Shown here in pieces: positions 36,387 through 51,000 of a stretch of 64,000 nucleotides of DNA. The stretch is from NCBI GenBank assembly GCA_043228905.1, contig JBHGNT010000005.1, forward strand, positions 7,068,001 through 7,132,000. The letters run 5' to 3'. Origin of the DNA: Azolla caroliniana (lineage: Eukaryota; Plantae; Polypodiophyta). The translations under genes and the position numbers were made by a program. The stretch's first letter is position 1. Every line of letters begins with the position of its first letter. The notes under the pieces are model-generated. The model searched no databases. It was not told the origin of the DNA and saw only the letters and a program-made list of their open reading frames with translations.

Positions 36387-37947
36387 CTAATATGTAGAAC
36401 AAAGGTTTTGACAAGATTCGCTGTTAGCATCATCAATGCTTTATAATTCTTTGGGAGACACCTTTTGTGCTATTTATGTATGCCTTTAACGTATGCATTG
36501 CCCATGAGATTTTGTGACTACACATTTCCCAACCCGATAAAATATAAGTCATTGCAAAAGTAGGAGATTTGATGAAACAAGTTCCACATTTGATTTCTTC
36601 ATTTCATACAAAAAGCGTATAGATAGTGCCCGTTTAGGTTTTTTCAGAGATATTGTGAGCATTCCTTTGATTAACTTTGGTAGAAAGATAAGGGCTGCTT
36701 TATGGATCAAATTATTACTGTATTCCTGATTCTGAGTCGGGAATATTTAGAGGACAACATAAAGAGAGAAGGCATTAGATGCAAAGCATTGTGTGATGGA
36801 TCACCTTTGACTCTAACTAAGTCAATAAATCAACCTTTAGAAAACCGATTGCAGAAAGGTGATGTTAGAAGAGAGGAAAAGGTTAAATGAACATTAAGCA
36901 CAAAGTATGATAAGAACAATAACAATGGCACTGAATCGTCATTTTGCTTGACCATCACCAAACTGGATGGAACTATGTTCAAAGTTTTTCCCATTTACAA
37001 AATGAAGAAGAACATTCGAAGATCGAGGATTCAGTCACTTATAAACATGGATCCTCATATTCATTGATGTACAGCATTCTTCAGTTTATCTTCAATTTGG
37101 ATGGAGAAAATGTTCTGGTGCCGCCCCACATTTCAAATTCTCGTCAAGTATTGCTGGTTTCTCATATGCTTATTAGTGCAAAGGTAATATATAATCATTG
37201 TACTCCTGAACATTGATCATAATTGAAAGTTCAAAAGCTGTCTTCGATGACTAAAAAACAAGGTGTCCATAAAGAATTTGTCAAAGCAAGTTTTGAGGTG
37301 TTTAAGCCAAAACATTATCACTGAATGGATGCCATTGGCATTATTTAGGGGCATTAACTTGCACAAATTACAATTACGAAGTGTATTGAGATAATCTAGG
37401 CTTTTAGTGGAGAGGCAAATAAGTCTGTATATATGTATGTACGTATTGGATTAACTACATACTGCAAAAAATGCAGGAAGCAGAGAATCTCTCCAAAACA
37501 AGAAATTTAACATTACAAGATGGACTCTTGTAATGTAGAGAGGATTTTATGTAATGTCTTGAGCATGAGAAACCCCAATCTCTCCAGAGCAATCTTGTAA
37601 ATCAAAATGGGCAGACTCCTCCTTTGACACATGAGCAATGGTGGTCTCTTGTTGCAACTTTGCCTAAAGCCAAAAAAGACATGCATTTCAATTCAATGGT
37701 CAACATTGACATCTATAAGGTATACATATACACATTGATATACATATACATGCACATGAAGATACACATAAGCAAGCTTGGGATATGTGTATGTATGTGT
37801 ATATATCAATATCACACATATATGCACATATAAAAACTTTGCCTTGTTTGTGGGCAGAGTTTGTATATATAGGTACTAAAATATGTATGTGTGTATTTGC
37901 ATACATGTGTATACTCGTGCACATTAATTCAAAGGTACACATATATA

Positions 37948-40189
37948 CTACGTATATAGCATATAAGATTTCAGCTCGAAATAGGCTGCTATACTTACAC
38001 CCAATTGCATCCACTGGATGAGCTGCTTCAGTTTCCTTTCCTTGTCGTCCAGTACATCAACTCTCTTCTCTAGCATTGTCAACTTCTCTTTTGCTTGGTC
38101 AAGGGCCTCAGAAAGTTCTCGACACTTCAGAGAAAGCTCACTGCATCTGGAACAGCAGCATGTGCTACCCTTGTCTTCTACTTCTTTTAAGGATTCCCAA
38201 CATCTATCACCTTCTCCATTAATATTTGTTAACCCTGGGCCATATGCATCAATGCTTCTATGGTTCTTCACGTGCTCAATGCCCATGGCTGTCTCATCTG
38301 CGGGACAACTACCATTCCCTCCTTTTTGCGACAATATCTTGCAACTTGTACAAGCATCCGCATTGTTTGTTACAAAGCCAGACACATCAAAGCTTGTATT
38401 ATGGTTCATTGGATGCTCAGTTGCCAGAGATTGATCTGAAGTAAGCTTCCTAGGGTCGATGGTCTCTACTTTCTGCGAGAGTTCGCAACTACGGCGACCT
38501 TCCACATTCTTTAACTTCATATGTCTCTCCAAATGCTCGGGTTCCACAGCAGTGTCACCTGTCATTACCTTTGGTACAAATCCCCCGAATGTGACATTCC
38601 TATGCCATGATTCCTGCACAATATCGCCAGCATTAGCATCATCGTTCTCTAAGAAAAGCCTCTCCGGAAATGGAGAAGCAACACCTGAGCTTGACCCCCC
38701 AGATCTTGACGATGCCACCCGGGCCATACAACTACTATATGGATATAACTGGTAAAAAAGGTCGAAACCCGTCGTTGATGGGGCAACCCCTTTCTCAGTG
38801 TCGGGATACTTGCACCGTGTATGGTTAGGGTTTGAAAGGGAGCAACTGTTCTCGAATGAGGATGCTAGCATATGCGCAAAAGGCACCTCTGGTGATGAAG
38901 GTGTTGTGAGATGGGCAAGCTCTGGAGGTGGAGTAAAGGGAGCTGTAGACAAAGGAGTTGCTGGCGTGGTCGTTGAAGTCGAGAAAATTGGTGGAGTCAC
39001 CAATGTATTCTCAAGCATAAATGGTGTGAAAGTATCTCTTGGTTGACCTAATTGGCTATGGAACCTTCCCGATGTTACCCGGAACAATGTGAATAACGTT
39101 ACTGATGCGGGAGATGACGGAGGAGCGCACATGACTGGAGGTAGCATGACAGCCTGACCTAAAGTATCTAATATTAGGCTTCCATCTTCAATGTCTTGTT
39201 GCATCGATTTCAATGTAAGTTGTGCCTCGACAGTAGGGAGTTTTTGTGGTACAAAACACCCGAATTTTCCCCAACACTTCTTCCATCTTTTCTGAACAGA
39301 AAGATAAAATAACATATATAATCAGAGGCTAAAAACATGTCGAGAATTCATTCATTTCCATCAACAATTAAGAACTAAGTACAAGTGTCAATGCTCTAGG
39401 TCTGCCATTTCCCATTTTGCAATCTGAACAAATTTGCTGGGTTTGAAACATAAAAACTCCAAGCAAGCAAAAAAATTATTTTGGCGAACAGAATTGGCTA
39501 AAGCCACATTGTAATCACTTCTTCAGTTAGAAAATCAATCACTGTATCACGTAAGGACATCTTCTAAGTTCTTGATCTGCCAGAAATGAATTACACTTTG
39601 GGAAACTACAACACCACCACTTTTTGAAGCCTGTCAATATGCAGACAAAGTACACAACGTCTCAGTCTCTGATATCTGCTGAATCCATATTTACGAGTCG
39701 ATCTTCAAAGATGTCAAACATATAGAGTACATATGTTTACGCACAGTGGCTCCTTATGAATCATCAACAAATGATCATTATATACAACAATGTAGCTCAG
39801 TCTTGTCCTCGCAGGTGGAAAGGTTAATGACTTGCCGCTACGCTAGACGATAACCCTAATCCTTAAACTAAACCTTAAATCTTAGATACTAAGCAAAAAA
39901 ACGCGGACTTCACCTTAAACCTACGGTACTAGCTACGAATCCTAAACAGTAAACCATAAACCTTAGATAGCAAACCTAACCTCTAGATTCTTAACCTTAA
40001 ATCCTAAACGCAAATTCTAAACCCTAAATCTTAGAACCCTAAACCCTAGGTACTAAGCTTAATCTTTGTCAAAGGAAGAAATTGATGAAACAAAAACAGA
40101 GAAGCTGCAAGATGAGAAGCGGTGAAAGAGACGTGACCTACCAGGAAGCGATGAGGATCAGCCTTATGATGCTTATGATTACCTCCCAT
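37948..40189 (-). CDS. At5g52430/At1g63720-like Pro/Ser-rich protein (annotated 'hydroxyproline-rich glycoprotein family'), 2 exons, ~463 aa
   Basis: Exon 1 40189-40142 (MGGNHKHHKADPHRFL|GTAGGT); exon 2 39291-37948. Family motifs KRW..CW...CF, APPSSPAS, LVTPPIFST, STAPFTPPPE, TTPSSPEVPFA, YQLYP. Predicted C-terminal coiled coil. Confidence 0.82.
39850..40055. repeat. Degenerate telomere-like (CCCTAAA)n tract in an intron
   Basis: ~7-bp periodic variants AACCCTAA, AACCTTAAA, ATCCTAAA, AACCCTAAACCCTAG. Confidence 0.7.
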
Positions 40190-43100
40190 CAAAGAATAGA
40201 TGTTGAAGAAATATTAGCAGAAACTTGAAGGAATCCACAGAGAGCAAGAAGAAGGTCTACTTTGTAATCCAAACAGAAGTAAGAGATTCAGCAGAGCGCA
40301 GCAGGAATCGGTGGAAGAACCCACAAACGAGATGGATCGGAGAACCCATAGAAGGATCGAATAACCCAACCCATACTAAGCTAAATCTGGTGAATAAAAG
40401 AAATGAAGAGAGGCGATGATGATGCAGAGGCAGAGAGAGAGTGTGTGTGAGAGTGACAGTTGAAGAGGTAGTTTAGGAGGAGGAAGAAGCTAACAAACAA
40501 AACAGCCAGCTCTTTTCTACAGTTACCATTGATGGTTAGCATCATCGCTGACTGTTATTACTCTGCTTTTCTTGAATAGAAATTGTGTGCCTATAACCTG
40601 ATCTGCTATACATATATATACATACTGTATCATCACTATGTATTCAATACATAAACTATATATGCCTTCCCAGCCTTTCTATTTCTTCTTTTTCTTCGAT
40701 TTTCCGGCCTTCCACTCTGTCCGCGGAATATAGGTGTTTCCGGTTCGATCAATCGATCGATCCCGGCCTCGGTGTTTTCTGAGTGTTTTGGTCGCATTCT
40801 CGTTTCCGAATCCAATTTCTGTGGTTTTGAGATCCCCTCCTCCTCCTCCACTGGGCTCTTTGGTTTGAGTGTCGTCTCGTTACATTTTATAGGCTCTAAA
40901 TTTCCCATTTGGTTTGTGGGGGTCCGACTTCGCTACTGGATCTCTATCATCACACCTTCAAGGTTTTTGATGTTTTCCTTAAGAGTTAGGATTTTCGCCA
41001 CGTCTTGGGTTTGATTATTAGTTCTACATTTATGGGCTCAATGGATTTCCGTTAACGTTACGGATTTAATTTGAGTGTTTGACGCATATTCTAGGTTTCA
41101 TAATCTTCTTCACATTTTGAATGAGGAATTGCATCTGGCCGACAAAAGCTTTTGTATTTGTAGACTCATCTATGAATCACGCAAAATACACATGCTACCA
41201 TATGTAGGGCTGAAACCCAAATTTGGGGTCCATTTTTCGAGTCACACTTAGCATTCAAATATATATTATGCATGTTCCATTTTCATTTCATAGTGCATTC
41301 AAATATACTCCCTAGAAGCCTGTTGTTTGGTGCTTGATGGTTGTAACTTACAAAGAATTCAATAATGACTTTCATTCAATTATGTGTTATATTATGCATG
41401 CAATTGTTTTCGTTGCCTTTAGGGTTTGATTCTCTTACGTGTTCATTTGGCTACATCACGGGTTATGAGTCATGACTTTCTTGGGGTCGTTTCAATACCT
41501 GAGAGTATTAGTAAGTATTTGATAAGTTGAATCCTCAAGTAACCCTCCAATACTTTGATCATAGCTCCAATTTCCAATACATCGTTAGTTATATATAGGT
41601 TGCATTCTAGGTTTTAATCGATTTTCAGGGTTTACATTAGATTTGAGGTTGGGATATGTTCAAGATATTTGGAGTAGTGTTAATGGGGGGACACTCCAAC
41701 CGCTAGGTTGGAGGTTCGAGTCTCCCCGCACCAACATACATGTGGTACCTAAAGAAGGGCGGTTTGTGCCCGTAAGTGACGGTGACAACAATGACGGTTT
41801 CGACGATGAAGAAGGTAAAATGTAGCATGTCTACAAGTTGCATGATGGAACGTGGTGCAAGTCTCATCATATCTCCTAGAGGTCATCCGGTGCATGTATC
41901 TCACTCGTACCATTCGGTACACCCCCTGATGGACTATGTACTGCTAATAAAACATGACTTCGTGTGAGTTGTAGCCTTCGAGCGAGCCAAAAGATAAAAA
42001 AAATACTAAAGTACTATCTCTAAATGGAAAAAAGATATTTGGGGTAGATTTTGGGTTTGAACCCATTATTATGCTTTGTTTTCACTACCATTATGTTTGC
42101 TATCATTGCCTTTGGGTTGGAGTTCATTATATGTCACATTTTGTTTTAAATTTTATTCTTCCTCACATTCCGCTATAACCGACATTCTAGGTTTGGATCC
42201 ATTGTAGGTCTAGCCCGACATTAGAATTCGACGTGCAACTTGCTAGTTCATGGGACTTGTATTTTTCAAATAGGTAAGCCTTATCGGAATGAATTTTTTC
42301 TAACTTGGCAATCCATTCATGCGCCAAGAAATTTGTTAACCGTCTCAAAGCACATAATGAAAAATGTCATATATTCTTTTCATAGCTATAATTTAAAAAC
42401 AACTCCATATATTGGCATAATACTATAGAAAGATGATGTAATCCACTGCAAAAAATAAACATAAACCCATATAATAGAAATTAGAGTGATGATACATTAA
42501 CACATATTTCAAAACATACGTAATGTTGCGCTACGGCCACTGTCCAATTCTTCTATTCTTCCAAGTTTCAAAGCATTTAGTGTACATAAAACTCTTCAAT
42601 TGTGGTCACATGTTGTGCATCAATAAACCTACATGTTTTGATCTTATTCATTTTAGAAAACCCTCTTTCATTGCAATTGAGGATTGTGGCAACATAAGAA
42701 CCACCCTTCAAAGTTTCATTAGAAGTGGAAAGATTTATTTTGATTATAAGAACCTTTCTAAGATGTCTACATGTTTTTTTGTCTCTAGACTAATTTCTCA
42801 TCATCTATTTCATTTATGTTCTTCTTTAATTGATCAATGCACATGGGTCCTTCCCAAAATGATCATGTCACACTTGTAACCATTATGGTGTGCACGAGTC
42901 ATGAAACAATAAAATATTTTGCAAATATTTGTAACATGCTACTTATTTTTAAATTGTAATGAATATCGTTAAGAATTTCTTCTAGCTAGGAACCTACATT
43001 GTAGATCATAGCCATTATATAAATATGCATAAACCATATTAGTCATGGCATATATTATGTTTTGTTTTCGACAATCACCTTTTTTTCTCCCTAGCCATGA

Positions 43101-46100
43101 CGGGTGAAAAAAATTCATTCTCGCCCTACACTCTCCAAAATGTGGATGGCACTTCAAAACCTATGATTAGCAAAGTGATTATACTCACGATCTAATTCCC
43201 CTAAGCATGTTGACGTGTGTGAATTCATTGATGAAATCAAACTTAGTTTGATATGTCAGATGTCACGGGTAATTGATTTATGATAAAGTTAACGTTTATT
43301 CAATACCATTCATAAATTTCTTTGTTCAAACACAAAACCTTGAACTTTCGAGCATATAATACCTGGGTCAAATATTGACATGATGAATCAAGATTTGCTA
43401 TCTAATAGAAGAGACATGCATTTAATTCAAATCTGATGAAGAAAATCTTGGATGTAACATGTGCTTAGGGTATTGTTGAATAATTTGTAGTTTGTCAAAT
43501 TTTAGTTGACTACTAGATCTCGCCTATTATGTAGCGAAACAACAACGATGAGTCGATTTGAACTCATAACATAACCATAATCTAATTGTGGTTTGAACGC
43601 CCATAATAGATTTGGTGTATTGTGTCAAGTGTAATAACCATCATGCATGAAAACCTATAATGTAACTATACATTGCACATTGATTAAAGTCACGTGATTA
43701 AACCTATAATGTAACTATACTCACAATGTCACGTGATTAAAGTTTTAAAATTTTAAATCCACAAAGGTAACAATGGAAGGCTAAAGATTGTCTTTTAGGA
43801 TATTAAAGTCGTAGAATGAAGTCCTACTTTATGTGCATTAACTGTCCAAGAACTTCATGTGTGTTAGTTTGAGATCATGCACGTGAACCATTTTCTACTA
43901 AAAGTGTTCACTTTGTGCAATCAAAGGGTTATGAATGCACGTAATATAACCAACTTTTGTATTCAAGGTCAAGAGATAAATTAAACTAAACGGTAGGAGC
44001 AAGTGAGTATTAGATTTAACAAAAATTATTTAATCATATATCCGAAATGTTTGGAGTTTCAATCACATGAGCAATTTGAACTACCGCCATAATACGCGTC
44101 TATAAGAGGGTATTTGCCACAATCTAATTTGCAAACACTATACAAAATTATATAAAAGTTTAATTTCTACTCTCCACAATCCATTTTATCAAGTTTGACC
44201 TAATACAACATCTAATGTTTCTTCATGTCTTGAACTACCCTCCATAGTTCATTTTATCAAGTTTGACCAATTAGGAGGTCTAATGTTTCTTGAACTTTCT
44301 TCATGTCTTGAACTACTCCTTGATTCCTGAAAGTGCATACAAAAAAGTTTGAATATGCATTCAATAGTTGGCCAAAAAAATATGAACCAAGAATGCAAAA
44401 GCAATGTCGTAGTGTATAGGTCGAAACAATGATTAGACATCATGTTATAGATCAATGCGTCAATCTTGAATACAACAATGTAAATGTATAATGTCCCAGA
44501 CCATGGTAGCTTATCTCCAGTAGTTTATCGTACCACAAATTTTGGCAAGAAAAAGTATGTCATAGATGTTCGCTTAATTTGAAACGATTTATACACTAAA
44601 TTGTATCACATTCTCATCACTTTGGAATGAGTGGTAAGTGTTTGGACAAAAAAAGGAAACTAACTGACAATACAAGTGTACTAAAAGACGACGTTAACTT
44701 GTTTAAGAGATACAACCATATTTTTCTAGCATATAATAGGACATAATTGCGTCATTACATAACATATTTATGTATATTGATATGTCCTTCACCCATGAAA
44801 ATCAACAATGCCTACATATTTTGATTCATTACATGCCAATTAGGAGCATTCCACTACCCATGAGGGTTCCCATGTTGGTATTCTAGATAATTCACCATCC
44901 CGAGATAGGATAGGAGGTTCTTCGTAAACAACTCAGTCAAATATTTGTTTCCAAGTTTCAACATTGTCAATGATGTGCTCCCCATTTACTGTTCAAATCA
45001 TGGATATTATAGATAATATACTATAACATAAGATTTGTCTGTAGACATGTGAATGCCCACAAAGTTTTAACTTTTGTATCAACAAGTTTTTACCATGTCT
45101 CGTTCACAATTCCTCTTTCTAAGTTCCAAGTGAAGTTTGAAAACTTCAATATGCAACGACCATTGTCATATAGTAAGCCAATATTTTTTGTTTTTGCATT
45201 CTTTGAAACATTTGTAATGTACTTCACAACAGTGTATCATTATTGAAGATGAAATTTAGTAAATATGGGATGTATTTATTATCACTTATTATTGAACCGA
45301 ATACGTAGTCACCAATCCTTGCCTTCACTCTTTTCGTTCTCTAGAGATTACAATTGAAATTAAAGAACTTGTGTCCACATTTCTAGTTGATTTAATTTAT
45401 TCAATTAATATATGTATTGTAATCTATGTGATTGCTTTCTTTTTCTCATAGCTTTGTGGAGTTTATGAGTTTATGTTTCGTATATGTGTAGAAACAATAT
45501 TCACGTTCTTGTTTTTTAGTCTAATATTTTTGTTTGTGTCAAAGAGGTTCTAGCTCAAATGCTTCAACATTCTCATTGATAGCCATACTTCAAATTTCTC
45601 ATAAACATTTTTACAATTGGATGCAAGTTCCCTTTGAGCTAATTGATGTCAACGCTCTTGTGGAATTGTGAACTTGAGAACTACTATTTAACTTAAGAAT
45701 AATTCTCCAAATGTTTAATGAAAGAATGTCAAGGTAATGGAGGTAGAGGTGAAGGCTATGGCAACTTCCTCTCATGGAAAGAAGTATAACATTGTTCTAG
45801 TGTAGAGATAAAAATATTATTAATTTGATTCATGGATGATGGCACTTGATGTTACATGAGTAATTATTTGTACAATGAACAATTTTGAAAAGCCTAAAGA
45901 ATTAACTATCTAACTACAAAGAAATCCTTCAATATACATATGTAGATAATGGAAAGAAAGCATTGTCAATGACTAATGTGGCATAGCTTATATGTGAGAC
46001 ACGCATTACACTTGTATCAACATTGAGATAATTGTTATTACGCATTTGGTTTCAAGTTGGTTAGTATTTAAAAGGTGTCAAGTTGTAGCAATGTTGGTGT

Positions 46101-47700
46101 AAATTCACTCTACGACTTTCTTGAAGAAAAATTCATAGTGTCATTGTCACCTTTAATTCCATCGAGCTTTCATTCTTATTCCTCACATCTTTTACTTGAT
46201 CTTTTTCATCCTTATATTTGTGTTATGTCATAGTAGGCTCAAAAGTAGTTTTAATTTGTGGCATTATAATCAATTTCCAAATGTATCCAAAGTATGCACA
46301 ACTTGTGAATCAACATTGGGGCCTTGAAGTGGGCAACACTCTCATATACGAGCACATTACAAAATTACTCAAGTAGTTCACACACAACACATAATAAATA
46401 TTCTCAACCCCAACATAATGCTTATGAAAGGTTTTCCATCCACATTGTTTTGTTGGCTACTATAGAGGCATGAATAAGTAGCACAAAAGACATCCTCTTT
46501 ACCATTGGTCGAATCACTTCAATGCATGTACCTTTTCATAAAAGAACTAAAGGTACAAAGTTTGACAACATTTTCGTTCATATGTAGAATTTTTACCCAC
46601 ACTTGGAACTTTTTTGTACTATAGCTACATGTTGATATTGGGGTGTAACATACCACGTGTTCATGTTTGGGCCTTTGGGAAATTTTACATCCTCACTTTA
46701 GGATGAACAATACATTTACAAAGAGAAAAATACAAAAACCAAAAGGAAAGTCTATTGATTGAATGCCTACAAATACGTAGTGGAGAAGCTCACAAATTTA
46801 ATGATATTTTCTTGAACATAGTTTTTAACAACTTTTTGAACAATGTATCAATGCAGTATCTATGATATATTAAAGTCTCCTTCTCAAATAGCACACACGA
46901 AAAGCAACAATGCTAAAATATGTTGATTCATTACATGTCATTAGAAGCCTTCCACCACTAAATAGTCTATCTGTGTTGTTATAAATCATGATATCTTCCA
47001 AGATTGAGTGCAATGTATTTCGTAACCATCTTGTCAACCAAACATTAACTTTTAGGTTTTAAAATGTAAGTGGTGTATTGTTTGTCCGTTATCTAATTTT
47101 GTGGAATTCCATGCCATACATTTGTACCCAAGCCTAGAGGCATATGGGTGGAAACATACAATTTGAAATAATCAAAACCCCAATGCCAAAATTTGAGTTG
47201 TCTTAGAAAATCTCGTCCTTCTAATTGAAACTTGAAAGTTAGATGTTCACTCCACCTATGACAAATAATATTCCTATAAATAGTCCATACCATACCTAGC
47301 GAGATATTCATTTATATAACCATGAAATTCTAGGCAAATGTGTGAAGAACCCATGATCAAGGATGATTGTAATAACTATAAATAAATAATAAATAAATAA
47401 AACCAACATCAAGCCATTGCCTTCATCATGAAGGCATATTGGTGAGATTTGTCATTAATACACACAATTCCATTGAGATAATTCTTCTTCTGGGTTGACT
47501 AATGTTTTCTCTAACTTGTCTATTGTAGGCCTTTCTTACTCTAGGTCTTTTTATGATTGGCAAATTGAACTCATTTTCTAGGGAGGGATATGAGCTTGCA
47601 AACTTGTTGAAGTGACATTACACAACGGCCTAAGAACATTAAATTTTTTACACAACTTCAAGCAAGTCATTCATGCCTACAAACTCCTTATGGATACAAT

Positions 47701-48031
47701 ACGAGTTCTGGGATTTAAGCAAACATTTGATGACCAATTGAAGATATGGTTCTAAACATTATCAAATGACAAGCTAAAATATTTCTACAACGTAGAAGGA
47801 TATTTCATAAAGAAATACTGCATGAGGGACTATATGGAGTGATATTGATTGACTTTCCTCTTTAAAGACGAGTTCTAGCTTTTAAGCAAACATTTGATGA
47901 ACAATTGACTATATGGTTCTAAACATTATCAAATGACATTATAGAAGATTTCTACAACGTAGAGAGATTTCATAAAGAAATATTGCATGAGGGACTATAT
48001 GGAGTGATATTGATTGACCTTCCTCCTTAAA
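47701..48031. repeat. Tandem direct duplication, 2 x ~165 bp, in decayed repeat DNA
   Basis: Units start ACGAGTTCT at 47701 and 47868 and end GATATTGATTGAC.TTCCTC.TTAAAG. Confidence 0.85.
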
Positions 48032-51000
48032 GCAAGAAGAAATTGCGAGAATACTAAGAGTTTACATCAACAATATAATCTTGACAACAAAATTTCAAAT
48101 GAAAAACTCATGAATAGGTTCATCGGTATCCTATACAAACCTATGCTACATAATTTCCTAATAGTTGGGTTATATAGATCGCATCCACAAACCGAAGTTA
48201 GGCACAAATCATCCATGTGCCCACCTGTGATATCTCAATTGGAAGTCAAAAGGCCGATAACCATGTAGTATGAGACAATGTACAACATCATATCTATTAT
48301 GGACACCAAATGAACCATGAATGTCCATAGTTGGACTACAATAGTGTTATTCATTCTAAGCATTCGTCAAGCACTAGATAGCTTCTGCCAAGTATGGAAT
48401 GGTGCTTAGACCCATTTCAGTTGATATTTTACCACAAAATCCTCAAATTCATCACATAGGAACTCGTCTCATCGATACAAAAATATGTGCATATGACTAT
48501 AGAGGATCAGCCACAAACAATTAATTACCTTATCAACTTGAGGAATCACAAAGTCATTATGATTGAAATAGGAAGATGAAGTATTCTCTTAGTATGAAAA
48601 GGTAGCTAATAACACTTCCAACGTGTATGTATTAGAAAATGAGCACAAAGTAATTGAATATGGCCCTCTTACACTTGAAAGCAAACTATAATCTTTCAAG
48701 TCTTCAACATCTGAATCAATGACCTGATATACTTTTACATGGTAATCCTACTAACATATAATTGGCATGGAACCCATGATCCATGCATATTCAAAGCTGA
48801 ATAGGTAGATGAGCAAAAGGATAATGCTTAAAGTTATATGTCTAGGCTCAATGGCATGGAGAAATTATATGATGAATGTTATTGTGCTCATACAAATAGG
48901 ATAGATAGATATCTAGGTTTTTACAATCTTCTTTCTTGGTTTTTGTTTCCTTTCATATATCATGATATGCTCATTGTTGACAACAACTCTCTATTTAGGG
49001 TATACAAGTACGAAGCTCTTTGCTTTTTTACATTTTGATTCTCTATTGCTCATCTCTTCTTTTTGATGGTGTGTTGAGTTTCTACTAATCATCAACATAT
49101 GATTGGTAGATAATCAAGCTTTTCTTTTCTACTAACCATATGTTTATACCAAAAACACATGATTGGTTGAAATACCAAAAAGCGCTCAAGCAAAATGAGC
49201 AACAAAACATGGAAGTCTACAATTCGGTCTACAATTCTACAGCAAGATTTTTGGAGTCATTTGAAGGACAAAAAGTTGGGATGGACTTATATACGGTTTG
49301 AAACCCCGAATTGTAAAAAGAACAAAAGCCAAAGCCCATTTCATTTCTGTCTTAGCAATCATGCATCATGCATTATTCTCTAGAGATATCCCCTCATTTT
49401 TGCATATTTGTAAAGAATATTTTTTATTTATTCTTACTTACTTTCTTCTGTTCACAATGCAACCATTCTGCACAAGGACATGAATCTGTTACCTGTATAG
49501 TAAAATAAAAAAGAGAGAAATCGTCCCTCCTTAAAATCAAACTAACCTTCAGTTGGTTGTCCATTCAAATAACTTTATTTGCAGTTAGTCATTTCCTAAA
49601 TACATTTTTATATATTTCTCTATCCGTCATCCAGATACAAGAAACAACCACTTCTGAAATTCAGATGCTTGTCTCTCCCTCACGGTACTTGTTCATTCTT
49701 CTTCTCTTGCTCATATGTTACCTATTATGGATTCTGACCCAATCATAAACCTCAAATCCATGGTCGGTCCGACACTTCCAAACCTTTAAACAAGTAATAC
49801 TTCTTTTCTCCACATTTCAGCCTACCTTGACCACAATAAGTTATGCTCAAGAATTCCAAATCTTGCACAAATAAGTAGATTCCTTAAAAACATTAGTGTT
49901 ACAGGACAATGAAATTCTAACAAATTATAGAGGCTCTAAACTTAAACCTTCATTGTATCAAGAGATTATACTTCTAGTTTACAATGTATTACACATTGTC
50001 TTGCTTCTCAGGATTGTGGATCAGTGCCTCATTTGGCATATGTTCGTCCACACATGATTTTGTTTATCAAACTCATGTATACTCTCCATTCTCCATTTTC
50101 CATAATAATACACATCTCGCACTGATATTACATGAATACGAACATTAAAGACTGTCCCACCCTAATATTACATTACAAGGCCTCTTACCAAGCTAGTGCC
50201 TCCGCAAAAACAAACATTACAGGTCATTTCTCAATAAATCACACTAATATTTCGAATGTAACCTATTGGCATTATCAATTGTTATCTAGGATTGTTGCCA
50301 AGCTCTAGTTACATAGAAGGCACCATATTTCGTATACTTCTTACTAGTTTCTACCAACTGCTTGAATGGCAGCAGGTATTGAACCTGTCATGCATGGTGT
50401 ATCAAAACAGACCCACTTCAGTATATATTATTGCCACTTTGTTTCTATTCAATGGTCTAGACATTGGCTTCCATGAGAATTCAGAAGAAACGTACCAAAC
50501 TAACCATTTTATATATACATGCAAAAGACAAGTTCTGCCTTCAGCCATCAGACTCATAACACAGGTTCTTTGTGATCCAAGTACTATTTGATTTCTATAG
50601 ACATATATCACACTCCAAACAACTGGTTTCAAATATACCACTACTGACAAAAGTACGACATCACAGTAAATTGGTTCTCACAACATATTAAATTGATATA
50701 GCAGATCAGTGGGAAATGTGCACATACTCAATATGTATTAAATAATTTAACATCTAGGACTTCCAGGTGTACAGAAACTTCTGTCAGCACATTGTGAGTT
50801 TATATATCGTCATTGACAAAAAGAGTATTACTGATACAACAAAGTCTTGTGATACCTGTATCTATGCGACTTCGTTAGGAAACAGTGTCACATAAATCTA
50901 TCCTGATTTGATAGGTTAATCAGCAAAATATAAATTAGCTTAAGATGTACCACTCTTTGACTTTAAAGAACAAAATAATAAGAGTGACTACTTTCACGAG

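Noticed and set aside
41660-41733. tRNA-like GGTTCGAGTC...CCA with hairpin CTCCAACC-GCTA-GGTTGGAG
   Set aside because: No convincing A-box, D-arm or acceptor stem. Cannot be supported as a tRNA or SINE.
44800-46970. Two similar segments (~44805 and ~46905) reading YFDSLH / YVDSLH, reminiscent of transposon Ulp1-like protease
   Set aside because: Too degraded, with no catalytic His or Cys context recoverable by eye. The 41-49 kb region is probably old TE debris but could not be classified.
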